This document shows positions 1 through 9,383 of a DNA stretch of 64,000 nt, one piece after another (position 1 is the stretch's first letter; each line of letters begins with the position of its first letter). This stretch comes from an archaeon. Its GTDB lineage: Archaea > Nanobdellota > Nanobdellia > Woesearchaeales > GW2011-AR9. The translations under genes were made by a program, and so were the position numbers. The DNA is taken from the NCBI GenBank assembly GCA_018670085.1, contig JABHRS010000007.1:272-64271 (forward strand). The letters are read 5' to 3'. The notes beneath the pieces are model-generated. The model saw only the letters and a program-made list of their open reading frames with translations, did no database searches and was not told where the DNA came from.

Positions 1-1
1 A

Positions 2-736
2 ATAACACTTGGTAGAAAATTAACTCAGTCTGATTTTTTAGCATCTGAATCCTCTTTAAGATCTTATACAAATCTTTTAGATTCTGGATCTGATGTTTCC
101 TACGCTGTACTTGTTAACAATATTGGATTTTCTGATACTTTGGCAAAATATGGATCTGGTGGAGTTGCAGAACTTGTGGATGAAATTTCTGAGCGACGTG
201 ATGATTGCAATGCTGAAGGACGTTTATGTCAGATTGTACAAATGCCAGAAGAATGATTTGAAGCAGAGTTGTTTGATAAAGATTTATTATCTTATTCTTT
301 GGACTTAGCTGATGGTAATTATCAAGGAGAATTTTTACGAGCGAACGTTGAGCCTGAACTGTTAAAGAGATATATTAGTCAACTTGGTTTGCCAGATTCG
401 TCTGTTTTGTTTTCAGAAACTAAGGCTAAAAATCTTGTTAATAAAAGAATTAAACAGTCTTGGAGAGGCATTGTTCAAAAGGTAGAGGGTTCAAATTCCG
501 CTTATATTGGGACTCAACAGATTCGAAGTCGCAAGGCTGTACCAATGTGCCGAGGAATTATGCTGGCATTTTATGAGCGACTTGTGATGCAAGGTTATGA
601 AAAAGGAGAATTTTTTTTAAATAAAAAAGAGAATATTGCTTTTGAGGAAAGTTTTGCTCTATATCGAAGAATTGCTCACTTGTTGCCAAATACTGCAGAA
701 AAACCAGTACTTGAAATAAAAACTCATTTTTTCTAA
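2..736 (+). pseudogene. 5'-truncated hypothetical gene with one in-frame TGA at 254-256
   Basis: Frame 2 is open from the window edge to 253 and continues in frame after TGA into the 269..736 ORF. Confidence 0.55.
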
Positions 737-741
737 TTTAA

Positions 742-1215
742 TTAATACTCACTCATGCCTTGAGTCACCTGTGCTTTATTATAAGAAATCAACCTCTGCA
801 AATAACTATGTAAATCAACAGATATTGGAATAGCATCTATCTTTAGTTTTTTGCCAAGTTGTAAAGTGTAAGTGTCGAACTTTTTATCAAGAAAATTTTG
901 TTTTCTTTCTAACTCAGGGATTGTTATATATTTGATTTTTCGATGGCCAATTTCTAAATGATCACTAAAGAATTTAACTCCATGTTTTACTTTGTTGCTG
1001 TTTAGAAAAATTCCTAAGATAATTAGTAAAAAAATAATCCCTGCTGCAGAAAATTTGATGATTCCTTCAGTACTTTTGTCTAAATCTAATAAAGAAATGT
1101 TAACTAAAATAGCTAAAAAGAATAATGTAGATAGGATAACTAGTGAAATTGTTTTTGGAATTAAGATTCGTGACTTGTGAAGTGGTAGTTGGTACAAAGG
1201 TTTCTGTGCTTGCAT
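742..1215 (-). CDS. Hypothetical membrane protein (2 TM plus small soluble, possibly PH-like domain)
   Basis: 157-aa ORF with two hydrophobic helices. Confidence 0.6.
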   Translation of the reverse strand: MQAQKPLYQLPLHKSRILIPKTISLVILSTLFFLAILVNISLLDLDKSTEGIIKFSAAGIIFLLIILGIFLNSNKVKHGVKFFSDHLEIGHRKIKYITIPELERKQNFLDKKFDTYTLQLGKKLKIDAIPISVDLHSYLQRLISYNKAQVTQGMSEY

Positions 1216-1289
1216 GAAAAAATAGAATGTATTTGTGGTTATAATAGTTTCTTTATTAATGTGGTATAGAAAAGTTTATAACTAGCTCA

Positions 1290-1772
1290 TTGACTAGTAG
1301 TAACATGAACCAATATAACATGATGATTTTAGAAGATGGACCAATTGTAGGATTACACATATTACAAACAAGCGCCTATGTTACAATGATTAGAGAAAAT
1401 CCAGGACTTTTACATGAAAATGTGGGGGATTTTTATTCAAATACAGCAGTTGAAGATTTGGGAACTGTAATCCTGGCTACCGATGTGGAACATCAGGGAG
1501 CTTCACTTATGGATGATGTGGTGTTAGTTAATGCAAGTGAAGTTGATTCTTTGGATTGTAATACATCTACAGATTATGTGATTCAAGGGGAAACTGGGGT
1601 TAGACTCTATTCACCAGATGCACAGCTATCTGGAAAGTCAGATGAAATTAGAACTATGTACAGTATGATATCATTGCCAGTTTTGGAAGCTTTATCAATT
1701 GATATGGAACGCGGATCAGTTCCACCACAATTAAAAAAAATGGAAGCTACACTTGCTAGATTACTGAAGTAG
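1290..1772 (+). CDS. Hypothetical protein
   Basis: 160-aa ORF; TTTATAA box upstream; true start may be a downstream ATG. Confidence 0.6.
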   Translation: MTSSNMNQYNMMILEDGPIVGLHILQTSAYVTMIRENPGLLHENVGDFYSNTAVEDLGTVILATDVEHQGASLMDDVVLVNASEVDSLDCNTSTDYVIQGETGVRLYSPDAQLSGKSDEIRTMYSMISLPVLEALSIDMERGSVPPQLKKMEATLARLLK

Positions 1773-1879
1773 GAAAACTTTTTTTATTTTAATATTAACA
1801 GCTATTCTTGAAAAACACTAACATCTCATCTATTTTTTAATATAGTTATCTTTTTAAAATAATTTTGTAATTTGAACTT

Positions 1880-2830
1880 ATGACAAATTCAAATGAAAAA
1901 TATGGTAAACACTTGCCAATAATTAGACTTCTTTCAATTCTGATTGTCGGAATAATTGTTCTTTCCGGAACTACTCATGCAAGATTTGCAGTACCAGGAG
2001 CAGATAGTGATTCAGATGGATTATCTAACCTTGAAGAACGATTTTTGTATGGAACTGACCCATATGATTGGGACACTGACAATGATCATTTAAGCGATGG
2101 TGATGAGTTAAACATTTATTTTACAGATCCTCTTGATCAAGATATGGATTCAGATAGATTGTATGATTATGAAATTTTACAGTATGGGACTTCTCCATTT
2201 AAGGCGGACACAGATTATGATGGGTTATCTGATTATGAAGAAGTAACTCGTTATAACACTGATCCTAATTTGGCTGATACTGATAGTGACTTGTTTAATG
2301 ATAGAGATGAGTTAATCTTGTATATGACAGATCCATTGGATGTAAATGATTTTCCAATGCCAGATTTAGTAGTAAATAATTTTTTGGTAGAATTTTTTGA
2401 AAATGAAACCAGTGAACTAAAAGGAGAATACCCACAAACAGTTGGAGTTACTGCTATAATAGAAAACCAAGGAAATTATCGGACTAATATTTGGCCTAAT
2501 AGATTGTTGATGGATTATTATATAGAATATACAGATTATGATTCTCAATTAGTTAGTTTTAGAGGAACTAGAACTATCTCTTTAACTGATGCAATTATTC
2601 CAGGAGAAATGCAAGTAGGGGAAGTGATTACTATCTCAGAATTTTTAGTAACCTCTTTTGATGAAGCTACTTATGATGCGTTAGTATCTGGAAGTTTTTT
2701 GATTGTGTTTGATGTGGAATTTGAACTTGATTCAAGTTATATGGTAATTGAAAGCGATGAACTGAATAATGAGTATACTGGGTCTTATTCGTTTTCTCCG
2801 AGAGGAGTTCCAACAATTTCAATGAGTTAA
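1880..2830 (+). CDS. Secreted protein with Ca-binding DxDxDGL (thrombospondin type-3-like) repeats and CARDB-like C-terminal domain
   Basis: Signal peptide; repeats DSDSDGLSNLEE, DTDNDHLSDGDE, DTDYDGLSDYEE; PDLVV...ENQG...ESDELNN. Confidence 0.75.
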   Translation: MTNSNEKYGKHLPIIRLLSILIVGIIVLSGTTHARFAVPGADSDSDGLSNLEERFLYGTDPYDWDTDNDHLSDGDELNIYFTDPLDQDMDSDRLYDYEILQYGTSPFKADTDYDGLSDYEEVTRYNTDPNLADTDSDLFNDRDELILYMTDPLDVNDFPMPDLVVNNFLVEFFENETSELKGEYPQTVGVTAIIENQGNYRTNIWPNRLLMDYYIEYTDYDSQLVSFRGTRTISLTDAIIPGEMQVGEVITISEFLVTSFDEATYDALVSGSFLIVFDVEFELDSSYMVIESDELNNEYTGSYSFSPRGVPTISMS

Positions 2831-2925
2831 TTTTTTTTATTTTTTATTTTTATCTTAATTTTTGTGTTATTTTTTGTTTTTATCAATTACAAACATTTAA
2901 CTAGTCAAATTTGTTAGTTGTAATT

Positions 2926-4065
2926 ATGCCACACTCAGATTTACATTTACCACACACTTGGAAATATTTTATGCATTCAGAACTTAATCAACTAAATATT
3001 TCTTTGGCAATTCGAGGATTTGCTTTTTCGATTTTATCATTATTTGTTCCTGCTTACTTACACAGTGAACTTGGTTACGCTGTTTCTGAAGTGTTATGGT
3101 TTTTTGTTTACTTTGCATTAGTACTTGCAATATCGTCTCCATTTTTGGTATTAATTTCATCAAAAATTGGGTTTAAACATATGATGATTCTTAGTATGCC
3201 TTTGCAATTAATATATCTATTTTCATTACATTTACTATCAACACATACATTCTCATTGTTTTATGTGGCATTGGCGTTAGGTCTTGGTATTGCAAGTTTT
3301 AACATTGGTGTGCATTTAGAATTTCAATCAATAAGTCACGCTAAAAGTCGAGGAAAAGAAGTTGGTTCAAGGCAAGCAGCACGATTACTTGGTTTATTAT
3401 TTGGTCCACTTCTTGGTGGAGGATTAATTCATTATTTTGGTTTTATTATTGTGTTTTGTATTGTTGCTGTGTTGGTTGCAATTTCATCATTATTTTTATT
3501 CATGAGTAAAGAGCACCATGGGAAATTAAACGTATCTTGGAAAAGATTGGGTAAAGCATTTGATGTTAAATTGGCACTATATTATCTTTATCGTGGGTCT
3601 TGGATTATTGCAACCGGGGTACTTTGGCCTTTATTTATTTTTTTACAGCTTGGAAGTTATTTGGCGCTTGGAGTAATTGGAACATTGATGTCATTAATCA
3701 CAGTGTTCTTAGTTTTTTACATGGGAAAGAAAAGTGATAAAATTGGAAAACATAAAATTGTTCATTTTTCAGCAGTCCCTGAAGCAATAGTTTGGATTTT
3801 TAGAGGATTTTTTGCAAGTTTAGGTGGAATTGTCGGAATGTCAATATTTCAATCTTTAACAAGCAGTTCATTGATGGCACCACTTTTGGCAATTGAATAC
3901 AACAAAGCTAAGAAAACTGGTACTGTTTTAGAGTATTATATCTGGAGACAATTATTTATTGGCCTTGGAAGAGCATTAATACTAGGGTTTACTTTAATTG
4001 TTGGAAGTTTTGTTGCTAGTTTTGCTTTTGTTGGTTTAGGAACTTTCTTTGTATTTTTACTTTAG
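2926..4065 (+). CDS. MFS transporter
   Basis: About 12 hydrophobic segments; GKKSDKIGKH loop motif; ATG 2926 chosen over TTG 2911. Confidence 0.85.
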   Translation: MPHSDLHLPHTWKYFMHSELNQLNISLAIRGFAFSILSLFVPAYLHSELGYAVSEVLWFFVYFALVLAISSPFLVLISSKIGFKHMMILSMPLQLIYLFSLHLLSTHTFSLFYVALALGLGIASFNIGVHLEFQSISHAKSRGKEVGSRQAARLLGLLFGPLLGGGLIHYFGFIIVFCIVAVLVAISSLFLFMSKEHHGKLNVSWKRLGKAFDVKLALYYLYRGSWIIATGVLWPLFIFLQLGSYLALGVIGTLMSLITVFLVFYMGKKSDKIGKHKIVHFSAVPEAIVWIFRGFFASLGGIVGMSIFQSLTSSSLMAPLLAIEYNKAKKTGTVLEYYIWRQLFIGLGRALILGFTLIVGSFVASFAFVGLGTFFVFLL

Positions 4066-4095
4066 ATTTCTTTTTATATTAGCTTTCTAATTAAA

Positions 4096-4743
4096 GTGAT
4101 TATGATTAATGAATTCGAAGATAAACTGCTGATACAACTATTAGAACTGCAACATGGGGCAATTGAGATTTCGGAATTAAAAGAGACTTGCAGTCAGGTT
4201 GATTGGGCTAAAGGTTTTCCAGAATCAAAGGAGGCCTTTTGGAATTGTGCAGCTTTTATGTGGCAGCGAAAAATAAAGAAAGATAAGAGGGAGATGATTA
4301 AATTAGAGATTCAAAATTTATTAGGAACAAGTAAACATAAGAACATTGATATTGGGAGTGGAAGCTATTCTTACATCCCATCTGTTGCATTTGATTGTTC
4401 CAAAAAGATGTTGGATTTTAATGATTCTGTTTTGGAAAAAGTGCAAGGAGATATTGAGGCTAAGTGGCCGTTTGAAAATGAATCTTTTGAAACTGTGACT
4501 GCCGTGTTTGTTCTGAACTATTTGAAAAATTTAGATTTAGTATTCTCTGAAATTAAACGAGTATTAAATCAAAATGGGAAACTCATAGCTGTGATCTCAG
4601 CTACTGGGGTAACTGGACTTCATAAGGCACAAGAGAAACAACAAAGAAGCTTTGAATCTTGGAAGGAATTATTTAGTAATTATTTTGCGGTGGAAAAAAG
4701 TTATAAGAAGGATGGGCTGTGGTTTTTTTGTTTGGAATTATAA
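4096..4743 (+). CDS. Class I SAM-dependent methyltransferase
   Basis: IDIGSGS motif I, WPFENESFE, EIKRVLNQNGKL. Confidence 0.8.
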   Translation: MIMINEFEDKLLIQLLELQHGAIEISELKETCSQVDWAKGFPESKEAFWNCAAFMWQRKIKKDKREMIKLEIQNLLGTSKHKNIDIGSGSYSYIPSVAFDCSKKMLDFNDSVLEKVQGDIEAKWPFENESFETVTAVFVLNYLKNLDLVFSEIKRVLNQNGKLIAVISATGVTGLHKAQEKQQRSFESWKELFSNYFAVEKSYKKDGLWFFCLEL

Positions 4744-4756
4744 TAAACTGAGAACA

Positions 4757-5440
4757 TTAACGATACAAATCTGACTGAGAATTATCTTTACTTGCAACAT
4801 ACATTGCACTAACTTTATCCTTTAGAGCCAAAGATACACTAGCTGCTTTTGCAACCCGATCACTTTCGAATTGATAGTTACCCGCCTTTACATCAGCTAA
4901 TTTGCGCTCAATTGCACTTTGTAATTCTACTGCTTGTTCAGCTGAGTTGGCTGCAACATAACCCTTAGCTACACTAGTGTCATAAATATTTTTCATCTGG
5001 TCATAAAGTTGAGTGATTGGCTCTTGACTCATTTGAAGAATTTGTTGTTGATACTGCATAGATAATGTATTTTCATGGGGGATATGACCTGGTATTCCAA
5101 AAGTCTCATCAGCAACAGTAGCTTCTAAAGAATTATCTTTTTTTGATTTAGTTTTTTCTTCAAGAGATTTTTTTTCTTGGTCTTTTTCTTCTTCTTTTTC
5201 AGTAGAAGATCCTCTATGAGCTTCAAAGATTTCTTTCTCAGCTGCACTCATTCCTTCAGAGGATGTAGCTGTAACTTGATCGATTGGAACTTTTTCTTCT
5301 AGTTCCTGTTCATCACGTAGATTTTTCTCAGCAGATTTTATTTTTGCTTTTAGTTTTTCAAGTTCTAATTTTTTTTTAAGCTGTTCTGCTTCTAATTTTT
5401 TCAAATCTTTTAGTGCTTGATTTGCGTCTTCAGTTGACAT
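4757..5440 (-). CDS. Hypothetical coiled-coil protein
   Basis: 227-aa K/E-rich ORF. Confidence 0.7.
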   Translation of the reverse strand: MSTEDANQALKDLKKLEAEQLKKKLELEKLKAKIKSAEKNLRDEQELEEKVPIDQVTATSSEGMSAAEKEIFEAHRGSSTEKEEEKDQEKKSLEEKTKSKKDNSLEATVADETFGIPGHIPHENTLSMQYQQQILQMSQEPITQLYDQMKNIYDTSVAKGYVAANSAEQAVELQSAIERKLADVKAGNYQFESDRVAKAASVSLALKDKVSAMYVASKDNSQSDLYR

Positions 5441-5482
5441 ACTATTTAGAAGGAGAGGAACTTTAAAAGAACTTTGTTAAGT

Positions 5483-6886
5483 TTACCAAGTTACCATTCG
5501 GTGAGCTTTCTTAAAATAATGATAAGATGCCCAGCAAACTCCATGCGCCATTCCAGCACCATTACCTAATTTTTTGCTTTTTGTGGAAGAAGATTTATTC
5601 TTCTTTTTAGGTGGGTTTAAAAAATCACCAAAAAGTCGATGTAATAAAGGAAGTTGTTCCTTTTCTTTTCTGGAATTTTTGTTCTTGTTAAAAGGACTGC
5701 TATCAGAATATTTTCCTTTGATATCTAAGCCACAAGCCTCTTGATAGTATCTTTCAAGTTCACTCCCAAGCCCATGCATAGCAGTTAAAACTGATTGAGA
5801 AACATTACCAAGTAATTCCATATTCTCGTCGTTTTTCATTTTTTTGTATTTTGCGATAGTCTCTTTATCCCAATCATAAACCCGGTATTCCATATTTAAT
5901 TCTCCAACATGGACAGGACCCCTTTGATAACCATCTTGAACAAATTTCATATGAGGACGAGTTCGATATTGAAAAGTAATTAACACGCAATGTGATAAAT
6001 CTGGATGATGAGCTACAATCTCAATATCAATCATAGCACTTTCGAAAGCTGAAATTAATGATACAGAATCTTGATGGGAACCCTTCATCTGTAGACGTTG
6101 AACTGTTTTCAAATAAGGTTTGATCCAAGTTACATACATTTGAATGATATCAAAATGTTGACGAAGATATTTTAACTGAAATTCACGTCTATTTTCATGT
6201 TCTTTCCATGTACGCTTTTTCCATTCGATAAAGTGTCTTAAATGTCTAAGCAATACTCTTCTAACTGACATGTTAAAGTCAGTTAACCCATCAACGTAAT
6301 CTTCCATCTCTTTTGGATCTTTGAATGGTGGTGCATCAAAAAATAGATCTGGAAGTGCAACGAATTCTAACTGTGCTGCCATTCCAAACACACTACTTGG
6401 ACTTTTTCCACCACCTTGAACTAAATCAACAAACATTCCTTTAAGTGTGATTTCATCTGAGTTTTTTCTATCCTTCATAGCTTTACCTTCTTGAGCTCGG
6501 CTTCCACGATAGTATTCTCTTCTTTCATCAATAATTCTAAGTTCTCGAACCATTTGAAATAATTCTTTCACCATTTTTCCGATAGTTGCTAAATATTGGC
6601 CTACTTTATCTTGTTGAACTCCAAGACGTTGTTGTGTTACACCAAAAAAAGCGGAATTTTCACTAGCTGAAAAACTGTCTTCAATTTTTTCAATTAAAGG
6701 ATAACTGTGTTTGAGCAAATCTAAAACCCAATAATAAGGTTCTTCAACGCTTAAATCTCCAATTTCATATCGAAGTTGGTAACGTTTTTCTGATTTTGGA
6801 AAACCAGTTTTTAGAAATTGGCCATTAATAATTTCATAGATTTCTTCTTCAAAACCAAATTCCTCTAGAAGTTTGCTACTAACCAT
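5483..6886 (-). CDS. Hypothetical protein, helical
   Basis: 467-aa ORF with GAGGT SD-like site upstream; no family recognised. Confidence 0.8.
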   Translation of the reverse strand: MVSSKLLEEFGFEEEIYEIINGQFLKTGFPKSEKRYQLRYEIGDLSVEEPYYWVLDLLKHSYPLIEKIEDSFSASENSAFFGVTQQRLGVQQDKVGQYLATIGKMVKELFQMVRELRIIDERREYYRGSRAQEGKAMKDRKNSDEITLKGMFVDLVQGGGKSPSSVFGMAAQLEFVALPDLFFDAPPFKDPKEMEDYVDGLTDFNMSVRRVLLRHLRHFIEWKKRTWKEHENRREFQLKYLRQHFDIIQMYVTWIKPYLKTVQRLQMKGSHQDSVSLISAFESAMIDIEIVAHHPDLSHCVLITFQYRTRPHMKFVQDGYQRGPVHVGELNMEYRVYDWDKETIAKYKKMKNDENMELLGNVSQSVLTAMHGLGSELERYYQEACGLDIKGKYSDSSPFNKNKNSRKEKEQLPLLHRLFGDFLNPPKKKNKSSSTKSKKLGNGAGMAHGVCWASYHYFKKAHRMVTW

Positions 6887-7049
6887 TTATACCTCAATGA
6901 ATAATAAAGCAGTTTGCCTTTAAATCTCTTTCTAATATGAACTTGCTTTGAAAGAAAATTCTTATATAGTTGTTTGAGTTATTTAATCAAGTTTTGTAAT
7001 ATTTATCATTCAAAATTAACTTTATTGAAAATTAACTGGTGAAATAAAA

Positions 7050-9233
7050 ATGGTGGAAATAGGTTCTGGATCTGGGTTTACAACAGGGTATCTTTCTGCT
7101 ATGGATCGTGATAGTGGAGGGTCTGATCATGGCCCTAACAGTGGTGGAGGACATCATTGCGGTGAAGATCATGGAACTGGTGGATCAACTGGTGATTTAG
7201 GAATTAAAGCCGGAGATTTTGGAATGAGTTTTTTGATGGGAATTGGATCAACTTCTACTGTGCCAGGAATTTTAGCAAAAATAAGAACAGGGGCTAAAAC
7301 ACTTGAGCTTGGACTTGGAAATCGTCCAGGTGGAAAAGGTGGACAAGGTGGACATAGTGCAGGAATGTATGGAAAAAAACAACGTCAAGCATTAAGAGAA
7401 GCTGCTAAAGCAAACAGAGTTGATTTTACATTACACACTTCAGTTGGAGTTCAAGGTTTAGCAGGACAAGGACAACAAGGTTTTTCTCGTGAAACTAAAG
7501 AGATGAGTATCCAAGAAATTAAACGGGCATTAGAATTTGCAGCAGATGTTGGAGAAGGTGGACCAGTTGTTGTACACACCGGTGAATATCAACGTCCAAT
7601 GAAAAGTGCTAAATGGAATGAAGATGGAGAATGGAAAGATAAATTTGAGTGGTATGATAACGAAGATCAACGTGGAAGTTACCAAGTTGTAGATACTAGA
7701 ACAGGGCAAGTGATAACTGAGGCTAGACGAGGAAGAACTATTACAAGGCCAGTTTGGAAAAGATTTAATGAAAAAGATAAACTTTGGGCTGAGAAAGAAG
7801 GAAGAAGTTATACAGATTCTAACGGTACCAAAGTTGAAGAGGGAGATTACATTGATTATTGGGGTAATAAAGTTGAGAGGGCAACCAGAGTACCTGTATG
7901 GAATGAAAACAAACAGGAGTTCGAAACTAATCAACTAACTTGGGATAAACTAACTGAAGAAGCTGGAGATTTAACTTTTGAAGCGAAGGAATTTTGGAGA
8001 GAGAATCGTAATGCAGGTGATAAAGTCTGGGATAAATCAATTTGGAAGAGATTTAAAGATGTGAAAGATGTGAATGAAATTAATGTGTATGAAGAAGAAG
8101 CGCATGTAATTAGTTCACTAGAAACACAAGCAGCAAGTTCTAGAGCTTTTGCACAGCAGTATGTGCAGGATTTTAATGAAAATATTAATGATCTTGAAAA
8201 ACTAAAGAAGACTATGGAGATCTACAAAGAGATTGAAGAGACAACTGATGAAGATGAGAAATGGAGATTGTTAAAAGAAGTTCAAGTTGATAGATATGGT
8301 TTTGTTCCAAGAGATAAAAAATTACCAACAGAACTTTTACTCCAAGACATTAAAAGTAAAGAAAGTAGAATTAGACAAGCAAGAGATTCAGCTGCAGGAC
8401 AATTTTCTCAAGCACAAGATCAGATGGAGACTTTAAAACATATTCAAAGTGCTCAAACTTACGCATTAAGTGAAGCTTATGACAGTTATGCAAGGGGTGG
8501 AGTTTACGCTTGGGAAAAATCAAAAGAGCTTGAGAGAAAAGGTAAGTTAAAGAAACACCTAAATCTTGCTATGGAAAATTTATTTCCTGAAGCGTATGGT
8601 GCGCACCCTGATGAGATTATTGATCTTGTAAAGAGTTCTAGGGATCGAATGCAGACTTTGATGATGCAGAAAGGATATAACGAAAAAGAAGCGAAGGATG
8701 CTGCTAAAAAAAGTTTGTCAATGACCTTTGATACTGGGCATATGAATATGTGGCGAAAATATTGGAAAGGAGACCCTAGCAAAGATCCAGCACAAAATGA
8801 TAAAGATTTTGATAAATGGGCTTTGCAGATGACTGGAAAAATGGTGAAAGCAGGTGTTGTAGGGCACGTGCATTTAGATGATAATTATGGGTATCAAGAT
8901 GAACATTTGGCACCAGGTGAAGGCAATGCACCAATTAAAGATATGGTTAGAATTTTAAAAGAAAATGGTTATGAAGGTGAATTAATTGTAGAACCAGGAG
9001 CAGATTTTACAACTGATAATGGAGGGTTTCAATCAGTTATGAAAACTTGGAAACATTTTGATACTCCAATTAAAGGAACTGGAAGCAATTTTGGTCGAGC
9101 TACAGCACAAGGAAAAAGCTGGGGTAATATTCAGTATGGATTTTTTGGGCAGAATGCACCTCCATATTTTACCTTTGGTGGATATTCACCATCAGAAGAT
9201 TGGACACTTTGGACTGGAGTTCCTTTGGAATAG
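7050..9233 (+). CDS. AP endonuclease family 2 / xylose-isomerase-like TIM barrel with large insertion
   Basis: Metal-ligand motifs LHT, VVHTGE, MENL, FDTGH, HVHLDDN, DEHL, VEPG. Confidence 0.75.
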   Translation: MVEIGSGSGFTTGYLSAMDRDSGGSDHGPNSGGGHHCGEDHGTGGSTGDLGIKAGDFGMSFLMGIGSTSTVPGILAKIRTGAKTLELGLGNRPGGKGGQGGHSAGMYGKKQRQALREAAKANRVDFTLHTSVGVQGLAGQGQQGFSRETKEMSIQEIKRALEFAADVGEGGPVVVHTGEYQRPMKSAKWNEDGEWKDKFEWYDNEDQRGSYQVVDTRTGQVITEARRGRTITRPVWKRFNEKDKLWAEKEGRSYTDSNGTKVEEGDYIDYWGNKVERATRVPVWNENKQEFETNQLTWDKLTEEAGDLTFEAKEFWRENRNAGDKVWDKSIWKRFKDVKDVNEINVYEEEAHVISSLETQAASSRAFAQQYVQDFNENINDLEKLKKTMEIYKEIEETTDEDEKWRLLKEVQVDRYGFVPRDKKLPTELLLQDIKSKESRIRQARDSAAGQFSQAQDQMETLKHIQSAQTYALSEAYDSYARGGVYAWEKSKELERKGKLKKHLNLAMENLFPEAYGAHPDEIIDLVKSSRDRMQTLMMQKGYNEKEAKDAAKKSLSMTFDTGHMNMWRKYWKGDPSKDPAQNDKDFDKWALQMTGKMVKAGVVGHVHLDDNYGYQDEHLAPGEGNAPIKDMVRILKENGYEGELIVEPGADFTTDNGGFQSVMKTWKHFDTPIKGTGSNFGRATAQGKSWGNIQYGFFGQNAPPYFTFGGYSPSEDWTLWTGVPLE

Positions 9234-9383
9234 AACTAGATTATTTTTTTCGCTTGTTTTTCTGAACTCTTTTTGTTGATTTAATAAATAATGGGACTTG
9301 TTAACCTGGTTTTAAATTTTAGTTATTTTACTTTTAACTAGTATATATTTATAAAGTTTTAATGTCCGTAAATATTCATAAAC

